Notes: generated from the letters alone by a model not told the origin. Positions 18,494 to 28,738 are shown, counted from the stretch's first letter. The stretch: 64,000 bases of DNA from Dehalococcoidia bacterium (GCA_015661155.1 JACVQK010000004.1:9243-73242); one strand, 5' to 3'. A program made the numbers and translations.

Positions 18494-21085
18494 ATGACCA
18501 ACTTTGTCATAACTCTTGACTACCCCGCAGCCCGTCTGCCCGCCGTAGCAGGAGGCAAAGGCGCTTCCCTGGCCAGAATGCGGAGTGTGGGACTGCCGGT
18601 CCCCTCGGGGTTCCTAGTGACCATTGAGGCATTCCATCGCTGCAACTTCACCCTGTCTGAGAACCTGGAACGGGAACTGGCCAACACAGACCCTGCTAAT
18701 CTGACAGCCCTGGAGCCCCTGTGCCAGGCAGCCCGCCAGGCTATTCTGAGCCAAGGAGTGCACGATGAGGTGGCCTCCGCCGTCGCAGCAGCTTACGCAG
18801 AGATGGGAGACGGTGTTGCGGTGTCCGTCCGCTCGTCGGCTACCGCCGAGGACCAGGCATGGGCCAGCTTCGCTGGACAGTACGACTCCTTCCTCAATAT
18901 CGTGGAGCCTGATGATCTTTTACAGCGACTGTCCCAAGTATGGGCGTCCCTCTACTCCACCAGGGCTGTCGCCTACAGGCTACGGCTAGGTTTGCCACAC
19001 CGCTCAGCAAGTATGGCCGTGGTTGTGCAGCGGCAGCTCCGGCCTCGGGCGGCGGGCGTCCTCTTCACCCGAGATCCCGTCACGGGGCATGGGGGTCACT
19101 ACCTGGTCAACGCCGCCCTTGGCCTGGGAGAAGGGGTGGTAGCAGGGCGGGCACCCTCTGATACCTTCACAGTGGACGGAGCCACCGGAGAGGTCCTCTC
19201 TCAGGTCTTGGCCAGGAAGGACGTCATGATGACTCTAGCCCCAGGGGGGGGAGTAGAACCGTCGCCTGTGCCCACGGGGCAACAGGATGCCCCGACACTG
19301 ACCCAGCAAGAGCTCGCCCAGTTGGGAAGGCTGGCCTACCAGGTGACGCAGCTTTTCCGTGCCGACCAGGACATAGAGTTTGCCGTCCAGGACGATGAGG
19401 TCTGGCTACTCCAAGCTCGGCCACTCACGGGCATGGGCGAACCCCCGCCTTTCCCGGTCGTATGGGAAGACCCAGCCGACGCCGAGCTCACCTGGACTCG
19501 TGACCAGTCTGGTGGCCGGGGACCCAGCTTCAGGCTCCAGGAGGATGCCGCGCGGTTCTATGCAGAGGGACTACGAGTCTGCTTTCAGGAAACGGGGACT
19601 CCCATGGCCCGCAGCCACCTCCTGGGCTTCTTTAACGGCTTTGCCTACTCCCACTCCCCTGTGATGGCGAATGCGGAGGTATCTGAGCGCCAAGATAGGC
19701 ACGCGGCCCGGGACAGCGCCTACCAAGAGCAGGGCACATCGTTGTACGAGAGAGAGATCCGCCCCCAGGTGGAGCAGACCCTGGCTGAGTTGGCCAAGCT
19801 CCGTTCTAAGAAGGCCTCGCTTGTGGTGCTGGTGGACCACCTGGAGCATGCCCTGGAGGCGTATGGACACGTTATGGGCAATCTGCACTGGAGTATGGCA
19901 GCAGCAGACACGCGCGTGGACTGGCCTTCCACTTACCGTGAGATCACCGGTGAGTCAGAGGTGGCTTCAGGCACCCTGCTTCAGGCCATACCAAACAAGA
20001 CCACCCGTCTGGTACATCGTCTCAGAAACCTGGGTCGCCTGGTACAGCAAGACCCCGATTTGACCGCTATCTTTCAGGAGCGCGCCTATCACAATCTTTG
20101 GGAAGCACCCCTACGCAGCCGCCCATCGGTGCGGCATTTCCGCACCCGGCTCCGAGGCCTCCTTCGCACCTATGGATTGCGGACGGGCAGAGGGTTTGGC
20201 TCAGCAATTGACTTCACCTCCCCCACCTGGAACATGAACCCCCAGCAACCCCTGGACATGATCGCTTCCTATGTCCAGCAAGACCTGGGTGCTCTGGAGC
20301 GTCTTGAGACCCAAGGTCGACGATCGCGGCGACAGGCAGAGCGTCGCGTGCGCCGTATGCTATCCAGCGATCCAGAACGCCTCCGGCATTTCAACAGGGA
20401 CCTGGCCATGGCAGTGGAGGGGGTGAAGCGGATGGAGAATCACAATCACATCATGGAGCAGGGGGTCAATGGCGCCTTGAGGGAGGCTATCTATTGGACC
20501 GGCCAGCGCCTGGTGAGAGTGGGCCTTCTGGATAACCCTGATGACGTCCTCCATCTCGCTCTGGCCGAGCTGCGGGAGTTGGCTGAGGGCAGAGGCCCCG
20601 ACAACCTCAAGGCGCTGGTGCAAGAGCGCTCAGAGGAGTTCAAGGCCCGTAGTCGTCTGCGGCCTCCCGCGACCTTGGGCAAAGTTGGGCCACCGGGAAC
20701 CCTACCTCCCAATCCCGGCGCTATGTATGACATCCCTCCAGGTGCAGGGGTGGATGGACTGCTGCTTCGGGGAACGGGGGCATCTCCTGGAAAGGTGACC
20801 GGCCGAGCACGAGTGGTATCTATGACCCCAGCGCTACCCCAGGTGGAGCGTGGAGACATCCTGGTAGCCCCAAACGTGGGCCCTGCCTGGACCCCCATCC
20901 TTCCACTGCTGGGGGGGTTGGTTCTGAATGCGGGTGCCGTTTTTCAGCACGCAGCCTTGGTAGCCCGGGAATACGGTCTCCCGGCGGTCATCATGACCAG
21001 AGATGCTACCAGGGTCATCGTGGATGGCCAGACCATCACTGTTGATGGTGACCAGGGCATCGTTGATCTCTTGCCCCCACCCTGA
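18494..21085 (+). CDS. PEP/pyruvate-binding plus PEP-utilising mobile-domain protein (PpsA-related; rifampicin-phosphotransferase-like architecture)
   Basis: N-terminal GGKGASLARM..VAVSVRSSATAEDQAWASFAGQYDS..VVVQRQ and C-terminal swivel domain GDILVAPNVGPAWTPILPLLGGLVLNAGAVFQHAALVAREYGLPAV. ATG 18494 is preferred to the tracked upstream start. Confidence 0.8.
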   Translation: MTNFVITLDYPAARLPAVAGGKGASLARMRSVGLPVPSGFLVTIEAFHRCNFTLSENLERELANTDPANLTALEPLCQAARQAILSQGVHDEVASAVAAAYAEMGDGVAVSVRSSATAEDQAWASFAGQYDSFLNIVEPDDLLQRLSQVWASLYSTRAVAYRLRLGLPHRSASMAVVVQRQLRPRAAGVLFTRDPVTGHGGHYLVNAALGLGEGVVAGRAPSDTFTVDGATGEVLSQVLARKDVMMTLAPGGGVEPSPVPTGQQDAPTLTQQELAQLGRLAYQVTQLFRADQDIEFAVQDDEVWLLQARPLTGMGEPPPFPVVWEDPADAELTWTRDQSGGRGPSFRLQEDAARFYAEGLRVCFQETGTPMARSHLLGFFNGFAYSHSPVMANAEVSERQDRHAARDSAYQEQGTSLYEREIRPQVEQTLAELAKLRSKKASLVVLVDHLEHALEAYGHVMGNLHWSMAAADTRVDWPSTYREITGESEVASGTLLQAIPNKTTRLVHRLRNLGRLVQQDPDLTAIFQERAYHNLWEAPLRSRPSVRHFRTRLRGLLRTYGLRTGRGFGSAIDFTSPTWNMNPQQPLDMIASYVQQDLGALERLETQGRRSRRQAERRVRRMLSSDPERLRHFNRDLAMAVEGVKRMENHNHIMEQGVNGALREAIYWTGQRLVRVGLLDNPDDVLHLALAELRELAEGRGPDNLKALVQERSEEFKARSRLRPPATLGKVGPPGTLPPNPGAMYDIPPGAGVDGLLLRGTGASPGKVTGRARVVSMTPALPQVERGDILVAPNVGPAWTPILPLLGGLVLNAGAVFQHAALVAREYGLPAVIMTRDATRVIVDGQTITVDGDQGIVDLLPPP

Positions 21086-21508
21086 GAAAGCTCATCCAAC
21101 CCAGGGCGGCTCCTCATGATTCCCCAGATCAAACGGCGCACCGGTGGCAGATTGTGACGCCGCCCTCGTTGAACCATCAAGTGGCTTAGGATACCCATCT
21201 AGGCGGGAAATACCCAGAGAAACAACGGAGGCATAACCATGAAATCAAGATGTCCTTTCAAAGTATGTATCTACGAGTTGAAGAAACCCGTCATAGATCC
21301 CAAGAAGTGCCCCGGTTGCCAAAGGTTGAGGTGGCCGTCCCCTGGATACGAGGAGCGCCCAAGCCTATCGCAGTCAAGCGACACACTACAACCTGCTCAG
21401 AAGCCCCATGCCACCGATGATGAACATCCAGAATGAGAACGTAATGCGGGAGGTGTCGTTGGTCAACGATTAGGTCGGTAGTTAAATGGTCAGGGAGGAT
21501 GTCAGTCA

Positions 21509-21590
21509 ATGAAAGGACTGACATTGACGACGAAAGAACAGGTACGGGTGCAGGTTCTGAACGGGGTGCTGGAGGGCCGCTGGTCAGCGA
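21509..21590 (+). pseudogene. N-terminal remnant of an ISNCY/IS481-like HTH transposase
   Basis: Only MKGLTLTTKEQVRVQVLNGVLEGRWSAK resembles the conserved N-terminus. The rest is unrelated. Confidence 0.35.
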
Positions 21591-21852
21591 AGGTGGTACA
21601 ATCAAGATGTCTGAAAAGACCTCAAACGAGGAGCCTCTTCACCCCAATCCCTCGGGTCTCGAAGTGTCCAATAGGCGCTGACACCCAACAACACTACACT
21701 AGGAGGTGGAGGGGTTGACTAGCACATGAAGCGTGGTGGTATGATGCATCCATTCCACCATTGCGAGCGCATGTCGATATAAGGGAGCGAATGAGGAGGT
21801 GACGATGGTATCAGTTGAAAGCCACGCATGTCGTAGATGCAACCCGTCAGAG

Positions 21853-22017
21853 TGAAGTAGACCCGAAGATTCGGACAGGACAGGGACTCCGACGGTTTGT
21901 GACGAGGGGTTGAGGCTGCCTCAAGCGAGGCGGCGCTCATCGGGACGACCCACAACTTGCTCAAGCTGTGGCGCAGCGGGCAGGCCCCTTGGGGATGGGC
22001 CAAGGCTCGGTGGAACT
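21853..22017 (+). pseudogene. C-terminal remnant of an IS5/IS1182-like DDE transposase (frame-broken)
   Basis: EVDPKIRTGQGLRRFVTRG, then after a 1-nt shift VEAASSEAALIGTTHNLLKLWR, fits the G-x-RRF-x-x-RG...NLxKL transposase C-terminus. Confidence 0.45.
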
Positions 22018-22160
22018 AGGCGAAGAATGTGCCTTCCTGGGACGCTCAGAGGCGGATGGATGTGAAGTCGCCCAGCTCAGCTGCTGCGGTGGAAAGCCCA
22101 CACATCGGTGGCAGGTAGTTAGCCTATGAGTCTGTGAGACAAGCTCAGGAGAGGTGCGCT

Positions 22161-23045
22161 ATGCAGGATTTTGAGTACGTTGCACCTACTACCCTAGAAG
22201 AGGCCGTGAGGCTCTTGGATGGAAATGGCCTAAAAGTGAAGGCCCTGGCTGGAGGGACGGATATCCTCGTCCAACTGCGGGCCAATCGCTTCCAGGTCGA
22301 CCGCCTGGTAGACATCAAGGGAATCCCTGAACTCAACCAGCTCTCCTGCTCCGAGGCTGACGGGCTCACCCTAGGAGCCGCCGTTCCCTGCTACCGGGTC
22401 TACGAAGACGAGCGTATTGCACGGCTGTACCCTGCCCTGGTAGACGCGACCTCCCTCATCGGTAGCATCCAGGTCCAGAGCCGGGGCACTGTCGGAGGCA
22501 ACCTCTGCAACGCCGCACCCAGCGGCGACTCCATCCCAGCCCTCATCATACTGGGTGCTACCTGTGAGATAGCAGGCCCCAAGGGACGCCGCACAGTACA
22601 GGTAGAGAGGTTCTGCACCGGACCTGGCAGGAACGTGCTCGAGCCAGGGGAGATGCTGGTGTCTCTGAAGCTCCCGCTTCCCAAGGCCAACTCCGGCGCC
22701 CACTTTCTGCGGTTCACTCCGAGAAAGGAAATGGACATCGCCGTTGTAGGAGTGGGAGCGTCCGTCCTTCTGGACGACGCTCGACAGCGTATCCTCTCGG
22801 CGCGAATAGCCCTGGGAGCGGTAGCACCCACGCCCCTCCTGGCCAGGGAAGCTGGTGACCTGCTCGCGGGCAGGGAGGCCAGCGAGGCCGCCATCGAGGA
22901 AGCCGCGAAGGCTGCCAGGGCGGCCGCTCGCCCCATCACCGACATCCGGGGCACCGCTCGCCAGCGGACCCACCTGGTAGGGGTGCTCACAAAACGTGCC
23001 CTTGGCACCGCCATCGCCAGGGCCAAGGAGGGAAAGAAGCCATGA
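22161..23045 (+). CDS. Xanthine dehydrogenase-family FAD-binding (medium, CoxM/CutM-like) subunit
   Basis: MQDFEYVAPTTLEEAV..LAGGTDILVQLR... ATG 22161 follows AGGAGAGG. ATGA overlap with the next gene. Confidence 0.85.
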   Translation: MQDFEYVAPTTLEEAVRLLDGNGLKVKALAGGTDILVQLRANRFQVDRLVDIKGIPELNQLSCSEADGLTLGAAVPCYRVYEDERIARLYPALVDATSLIGSIQVQSRGTVGGNLCNAAPSGDSIPALIILGATCEIAGPKGRRTVQVERFCTGPGRNVLEPGEMLVSLKLPLPKANSGAHFLRFTPRKEMDIAVVGVGASVLLDDARQRILSARIALGAVAPTPLLAREAGDLLAGREASEAAIEEAAKAARAAARPITDIRGTARQRTHLVGVLTKRALGTAIARAKEGKKP

Positions 23046-23527
23046 CGGGGAGGACCCACGTACACACCAGTATCAACGACACCGATGTGGACTTTCTCTG
23101 TGAGAGTCGCCAGAGCCTGCTGGAGGTACTCAGGGATGTGCTCTGGCTCTTCGGCACCAAGGAAGGCTGCAACGACGGAAACTGTGGCGCATGCACCGTC
23201 ATCATGGACGGGAGGATCGTGGACTCCTGCCTCGTCCTGGCCGTGGAGGCCGAGGGCAAGACCATTACCACCATAGAGGGGATAGCCCAGGCAGAGGGCC
23301 TGCACCCCTTGCAGCAGGCCTTCCTCGAAGGTGACGCCCTCCAGTGCGGCATCTGCACGCCGGGCTTCGTCCTAGCCGCCAAAGCCCTCCTGGACCGGGA
23401 GCCCGACGCCGACGAGACACGCATCCGCCACTGGCTGGCTGGGAACCTCTGCCGCTGCACCGGCTACGACAAGATAGTCCGGGCGGTTCTCAAAGCAGGT
23501 AAGGAAATGAGGGAGGAAGCCCCATGA
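23042..23527 (+). CDS. Xanthine dehydrogenase-family [2Fe-2S] small subunit (CoxS/CutS-like)
   Basis: GCNDGNCGACTV..SC.. and QCGICTPG..CRCTGY cysteine motifs. Confidence 0.9.
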   Translation: MTGRTHVHTSINDTDVDFLCESRQSLLEVLRDVLWLFGTKEGCNDGNCGACTVIMDGRIVDSCLVLAVEAEGKTITTIEGIAQAEGLHPLQQAFLEGDALQCGICTPGFVLAAKALLDREPDADETRIRHWLAGNLCRCTGYDKIVRAVLKAGKEMREEAP

Positions 23528-25758
23528 CCGCTACCGCCAGGCAAGAGAGCAAGGGTTCAGGCCCCTTCAAGGTCGTGGGAACCAGGACCACCCGCCACGA
23601 TGGCGTGGACAAGGTTACGGGACGCGCCAGGTTCGGGGCCGACATCTCCATGTCCGGACTGCTGCACGGCAAGGTGCTCCGCAGCCCCCACGCCCATGCC
23701 CGTATCCGCTCCATCGATACCAGCATGGCGGAGGCGCTGCCCGGCGTGAAGGGGGTGGCCACCGCCCAGGACTTTCCCATAATCCGAGGCCAGGCCCTCG
23801 ACTTTTCGGGGGCCGTGAGCAACGCCCGGGTCACGGCGGAGGTCATCCTGGCCCACGAGAGGGTGATGTACGCAGGTCACGCCGTGGCCGCCGTGGCGGC
23901 TACCAGCCCTCACATCGCTGAAGAGGCCACCAGGCTCATCCGGGTGGACTACGAAGCTTCGCGAGTCGAGCGGCTCGGCAGTGGAGAGGACACAAGCCCC
24001 GGGAGCAACATAGCCAGCCACATCCAGTTGAAGCGCGGCGACGTGGAGCAGGGGTTCGGGGAGGCCGAGGTCATAGTCGAGCGGGAGCTCTCCACCCAGA
24101 CCATCCACCAGGGTTACATCGAGCCTTTTGCCTCCACCGCGCACTGGGCGCCGGATGGCCACGTGACCATCTGGACCACCACCCAGGGTATCTTCGGCGT
24201 TCGTGCCTCCACCAGCGCCATCCTGGGTATACCAGAGTCCATGGTGAAGGTCATCCCCATGGAAGTCGGCGGCGGCTTCGGAGGCAAGGCCTCCATTTAC
24301 CTTGACCCCGTGGCAGCGGTCCTCTCCAAGAAGACCGGCCACCCAGTCAAGATGGTCATGACCCGCAAGGAGGTCTTCGAGGGCACAGGCCCCGGCTGCG
24401 CCGCCATAATGCGGGTCAAGATGGGCGCCGATAGCAGCGGGCGGATCACCGCGGCCCAGTTCTGGTTGGCCTACCAGGCGGGAGCATTCCCAGGCTCATC
24501 AGTGTCTGGGGGAGCGACCACCGGGACGGGACCCTACAACATCGACAACTTCCTGATAGATGGCTATGACGTGGTGTGCAACAAGCAGAAGACGTCGGGT
24601 TACCGGGCGCCCGGCCAGTGCCAGGCAAACTTCGCCATAGAGACCGTCATCGACGAGCTGGCGGAGAGGCTGGGCATGGACCCCCTGGAGCTACGGCTGA
24701 AGAACGTGGTGAAGGAAGGGGATCGAATGCCCACCGGAGTGCCTTTTCCCTATATCGACTTGAGGAAGCTGGAGGAGACTATGAAGACCCACCCCCACTA
24801 CAGCGCCCCCCTGGAGGGCCCTAACCGTGGCCGGGGTGTGGCCGTGGCCTTCCGGGGGCATGGAGGCCAAGGGGCTCCAGCCACCATGAACGTCAACGCC
24901 GATGGCACCATCAGCCTCATCACCGGTGCCATAGACCTCAGCGGTACCCGCACCACCGTGGCGATGCAAGCCGCCGAGGTGCTGGGCCTGGCGGCCAAGG
25001 ACGTGATACTCACCGTTGTCGATACAGACTCCGTGGCCCAGACCGGGACCACCGCGGGCAGCCGCGTCACCTTCGAAATGGGCCTGGCCGCCATCGCCGC
25101 GGCCCAGGAGGTGAAGCGGCAGATGAGCGCTCGCGCGGCCATGCTGTGGGAGGTGCAGCCCGAAGAAGTGGAGTTCCAAGACGGTGTCTTCACCTGCAAC
25201 AGGAGTCCGGCAAAGAGGATGACTTTCAAAGAGCTGGCGGGCAGACTCGCTCGCTCCGGCGGCCCCATAACCTGCTCGGTGTATGCACCCTCCACCGGAA
25301 TCGGGCCATCCTTCGCAGGAAACATAGTTGACGTGGAGATTGACCCCGAGACGGGCAAGGTGGATATCCTTCGCTACACCGCCTTTCTGGACGCCGGCCA
25401 GGCGGTCCACCCCGGCTTCGTGGAGGGACAGATGCAGGGCGCTACCGCCCAGGGCATCGGTTGGGCTTTGAGCGAGGAGTATCTCTACACCGAGGAGGGA
25501 GCGGTGGCCAACACCAGCTTCCTGGATTATCGGACGCCCACCAGCATGGACCTGCCCATGATTGACACGGTCATCATACAGGTGCCAAATCCCCACCATC
25601 CCTTCGGTGTGCGAGCAGTGGGCGAGGTACCCATCGTCCCCACCCTGGCTGCCGTCGCCAACGCTGTCTACCACGCCACAGGCGTCCGCATGACCCGGCT
25701 ACCCATGTCTCCCGGGGCTATCCTGGAAGCCCTTGAGGCGAAGAAAGCCCAGGAGTAG
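23524..25758 (+). CDS. Xanthine dehydrogenase/aldehyde oxidase-family molybdopterin-binding large subunit
   Basis: 744 aa with ..GRARFGADI.., ..SGYRAPGQCQANFAIE.., ..GVRAVGEVP... It lacks the form I CODH VAYRCSFR motif. Confidence 0.85.
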   Translation: MTATARQESKGSGPFKVVGTRTTRHDGVDKVTGRARFGADISMSGLLHGKVLRSPHAHARIRSIDTSMAEALPGVKGVATAQDFPIIRGQALDFSGAVSNARVTAEVILAHERVMYAGHAVAAVAATSPHIAEEATRLIRVDYEASRVERLGSGEDTSPGSNIASHIQLKRGDVEQGFGEAEVIVERELSTQTIHQGYIEPFASTAHWAPDGHVTIWTTTQGIFGVRASTSAILGIPESMVKVIPMEVGGGFGGKASIYLDPVAAVLSKKTGHPVKMVMTRKEVFEGTGPGCAAIMRVKMGADSSGRITAAQFWLAYQAGAFPGSSVSGGATTGTGPYNIDNFLIDGYDVVCNKQKTSGYRAPGQCQANFAIETVIDELAERLGMDPLELRLKNVVKEGDRMPTGVPFPYIDLRKLEETMKTHPHYSAPLEGPNRGRGVAVAFRGHGGQGAPATMNVNADGTISLITGAIDLSGTRTTVAMQAAEVLGLAAKDVILTVVDTDSVAQTGTTAGSRVTFEMGLAAIAAAQEVKRQMSARAAMLWEVQPEEVEFQDGVFTCNRSPAKRMTFKELAGRLARSGGPITCSVYAPSTGIGPSFAGNIVDVEIDPETGKVDILRYTAFLDAGQAVHPGFVEGQMQGATAQGIGWALSEEYLYTEEGAVANTSFLDYRTPTSMDLPMIDTVIIQVPNPHHPFGVRAVGEVPIVPTLAAVANAVYHATGVRMTRLPMSPGAILEALEAKKAQE

Positions 25759-25767
25759 ACCCAGCTT

Positions 25768-26031
25768 ATGGCCGTGGTGTGGATTCCCCCATTTCTGGAG
25801 AGCCTTACCGGAGGCGCCCACAAGGTGACGGTTTCCGGCAGGAACCTGCGTCAAGTGCTGAACAGCCTTGACACCCTCTACCCCGGGATCAAGGATGCCC
25901 TTCTGGAGGAGGACCACATCCATCCGAGCATCGCCGTGGTCATAGATGGAGCGACCGGCCATCTAGAGTTGATAGAGCCGGTAAGAGAGGAATCGGAGAT
26001 ACACTTCATCCCAGCCATCAGTGGGGGTTGA
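25768..26031 (+). CDS. MoaD/ThiS-family sulfur-carrier-like protein ending in Gly-Gly
   Basis: 87 aa ending ...IHFIPAISGG-stop. Confidence 0.7.
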   Translation: MAVVWIPPFLESLTGGAHKVTVSGRNLRQVLNSLDTLYPGIKDALLEEDHIHPSIAVVIDGATGHLELIEPVREESEIHFIPAISGG

Positions 26032-26084
26032 GGGGTATTCCCCAAATCCACAGATTGCCAGTACCTGCTGTCGCGTGAATGAAA

Positions 26085-26290
26085 AAGGGGGAGTCCAGAG
26101 GGAGCGAAGCCCCTTCTGGCGGGGGTCTGGGGGTGTCCCCCAGACTGGGCTTAGCCCAGACCCACATCTCACGAACCTAGAATATGGTCAGACCAGTGCA
26201 GCGACAGTTGAGTGTGGGTGCAGGGCGTGCCCTGCCCCTTCCTGGCCAGGAAGGGGGCTAGGGGAATGGTCGAAAGAGTTTTTCAGCACC
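26085..26290 (-). repeat. Family A composite repeat, copy A2 (M3-M2-M1 as read on the + strand; the only copy inverted relative to the others)
   Basis: It is the reverse complement of copy A1 block by block. It lies between the + strand moaD-like and xdhC genes. Confidence 0.9.
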
Positions 26291-26370
26291 CTGCTAGGAG
26301 AGCCGAATCGCTTGCTGTGTGCTAGAATTACACGCTAGTCTACATTGAGTCTGGTGAGAGGGAAACCACC

Positions 26371-27492
26371 ATGGAGATAGTGTTAAGGGAAGCGCAAAAC
26401 CTCCTGGGAAAGGGCGAGCCCTTTGCCATTGCCACGGTGGTGGACACCAAGGGCTCCACTCCCCAGAAGCCCGGGGCCAAACTCCTGGTGCGCCAGGATG
26501 GCAGTGGCGTGGGCACCCTGGGGGGTGGCTGCGTTGAAGGGGATATCTGGTTTGCCGCCAAGATGCTCCTGAAGGAGGGTGGCAAGCCTACCGTCAGGGA
26601 CTACCTGCTGAACGAGGAGATTGCCGCCAGAGAAGGCCTGGTGTGTGGCGGCACCATGTACTTCCTCATCGATCCGGTGGTGGAGCCTGAACCCCTTCTA
26701 CCATCCGTAAGGGGGATAGTAGGAGCCTACGATGGTGGCCCCAGCGTGGGTCTGGCCACCCTCCTCAAGCCCGCTAAGAACAAGGGCAGGGTTGGAGATA
26801 AGCTCTTCATCGGTGGAGACGGGGTAGCCACGGGAACCCTGGGAGACCCCCTGCGGGACCAGGAGGCGGCGTCCGCCCTCCAAGGGCTGATGGATCGCGG
26901 CAGGATAAAGTACCTGAGCACCCGAGATGGCTCCAAGGTCTTCCTGGAGGGCTATACCACACCTCCCACCGTGGTCCTCGCAGGGGGAGGCCACATCTCC
27001 AAGGCCCTGGCTCCCCTGGCCAAGGCCCTTGGATTGCGTCTCATGGTAATAGATGACCGGCCGGAGTTTGCCAACAAAGAGCGGTTCCCGGAGGCCGATG
27101 AGGTGATAGTCGCCGATTACGCCCAGGGCTTACAGCAGCTCGACCTTCGCCCCAACTCCGCGGTGGTGGTGGCAACCAGAGGACACAGGGAGGACGACCT
27201 GGCCCTGGAAGCCGCTGCTCGCAGCTCCGCGGGGTACGTGGGGCTGGTAGGCAGCAAACGCAAGGTCATTCTGATATACGAGGAGCTGCTCAAGCATGGC
27301 ATTCCCCCGGAAAGACTCAGGGCCATTCACGCGCCCATTGGCCTGAACATCGGCGCCACCACGCCGGAGGAGATTGCCCTGAGCATCATGGCAGAGATCG
27401 TGGCCTTCCGCGAGGGCCTCTCCGGCGGGCCGATGACCCTGGAGGAAAGGTACTTTCGGAAAGTCGTCAGCAAAGTGAAGGCATCCGCTTAG
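26371..27492 (+). CDS. XdhC/CoxI-family Mo-enzyme maturation factor
   Basis: FAIATVVDTKGSTPQKPGAKLLV..GTLGGGCVE plus a C-terminal Rossmann-like domain. Confidence 0.85.
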   Translation: MEIVLREAQNLLGKGEPFAIATVVDTKGSTPQKPGAKLLVRQDGSGVGTLGGGCVEGDIWFAAKMLLKEGGKPTVRDYLLNEEIAAREGLVCGGTMYFLIDPVVEPEPLLPSVRGIVGAYDGGPSVGLATLLKPAKNKGRVGDKLFIGGDGVATGTLGDPLRDQEAASALQGLMDRGRIKYLSTRDGSKVFLEGYTTPPTVVLAGGGHISKALAPLAKALGLRLMVIDDRPEFANKERFPEADEVIVADYAQGLQQLDLRPNSAVVVATRGHREDDLALEAAARSSAGYVGLVGSKRKVILIYEELLKHGIPPERLRAIHAPIGLNIGATTPEEIALSIMAEIVAFREGLSGGPMTLEERYFRKVVSKVKASA

Positions 27493-27501
27493 AAGAAGGC
27501 G

Positions 27502-28107
27502 ATGGCAGGGATATCCGCAGTTCTCCTGGCCGCAGGAGAGTCCACCCGAATGGGGAAACTCAAGGCCCTTCTGCCGTGGCGGGGTTCAACCCTGATTGAG
27601 CATCAGATAGAGTCCCTCCAACGAGCCGGAGTGGTGGAGGTGGTGGTGGTGGTGGGCCATATGGGCAAAGCGGTAGAGGCACGGGTGAAGGGAAGTTTTG
27701 GGGTAGTGACCGTGGCCAACCCCGACTATCGGCAGGGAAAGACCACCTCCATCAGGGCAGGCCTGAAAGCCTTATCTCCTGATGCCCAGGGCATTCTCAT
27801 ACTGGCGGTGGACCAGCCCCGACCGGCCCGGATCCTTGAGTCCCTCATCCAGGTCCACCTGGAAGGCAACAGCCTCATCACCGGCCCTCTTTACCGCGGG
27901 CGCTCAGGTCATCCCCTCATATTCTCTCGGAGGCTGTTGCCGGAGCTTATGTCCATCACCGAGGAGGGCCAGGGACTGAGGGAGATCACCCATCGACATC
28001 GAGAGAATATCTACCGGCTAGAGGTGGACAGCCCCCTGGTGACGGTGGACATCAACTCGCCGGAGGACCTGCGGGAGGCTGAAAGGCTCTCAGATGACCT
28101 TGAGTAG
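27502..28107 (+). CDS. mocA: Molybdenum cofactor cytidylyltransferase-like nucleotidyltransferase
   Basis: ISAVLLAAGESTRMG..K N-terminal motif, 201 aa, in xdh context. Confidence 0.75.
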   Translation: MAGISAVLLAAGESTRMGKLKALLPWRGSTLIEHQIESLQRAGVVEVVVVVGHMGKAVEARVKGSFGVVTVANPDYRQGKTTSIRAGLKALSPDAQGILILAVDQPRPARILESLIQVHLEGNSLITGPLYRGRSGHPLIFSRRLLPELMSITEEGQGLREITHRHRENIYRLEVDSPLVTVDINSPEDLREAERLSDDLE

Positions 28108-28336
28108 CTGAGCGGACACTCTCGGAGTGTTTCAGGTGAGGTAGACCCCATCATTAAGACAGGACAGGGGCTTTGTTAATATCGGGGCCCCGTACGGGAT
28201 ACGGCCTTCCTATCTGACAAACAGAGCTACTTGAACTTCGAAGGTTCTGCGTATTGTACCCGGTAACCTTACCCCCTAAAACAGTAACACTGGCAAGTAG
28301 AGTCCTCCGCTACAATAAAGCACCGAAGGAGGACTC

Positions 28337-28627
28337 ATGGTTCGCAAGAGGTATACCGAGGGACAGATCATAGCCGTGCTCAATGAAGCTGAGGCAGGGG
28401 CCAAGACAGTCGACCTCTGCCGCAAGCATGGCGTGAGCGACGCCACCTTCTACAACTGGAAGGCCAAGTATGCAGGCCTGACAGTGAGCGAGCTCAAGAG
28501 GCTAGGGTCCCCGGAGGATGAGAACCGGCGACTCAAGCAGATTGTGGCCCAGCAAGCGCTGGACAACTGGGCGCTCATGGCGGGCCTGAGTGTGCCCTAT
28601 GACGGGGGTTCAGCGGTTTCCCGGTAG
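28337..28627 (+). mobile_element. Solo IS3-family (IS407-like) orfA; no orfB follows
   Basis: MVRKRYTEGQIIAVLNEAEAG..DLCRKHGVSDATFYNWKAKYAG..ENRRLKQIVAQQALDN. The regulator gene begins 112 nt later. Confidence 0.8.
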
Positions 28628-28738
28628 GCCAGGATGACGATGAGACGTATATTTCAAAGGCCCCCTTTCAGCTTCTTGTCCTTTTCCCTGGACCGTCCCT
28701 TGACAATCATGAACCTGTCGGGATAATATATGTAGCGT

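Noticed and set aside
21239-21436. 65-aa Cys-containing ORF (MKSRCPFKVCIYELKKPVIDPKKCPGCQ...).
   Set aside because: It has no recognisable family, lies in IS debris, and its composition is atypical for the genome. The evidence is insufficient to call it a gene.
23524-25758. Form I aerobic CO dehydrogenase (CoxL).
   Set aside because: The active-site loop reads ..SGYRAPGQ.. rather than VAYRCSFR. No coxD/E/F-type accessory genes are present.
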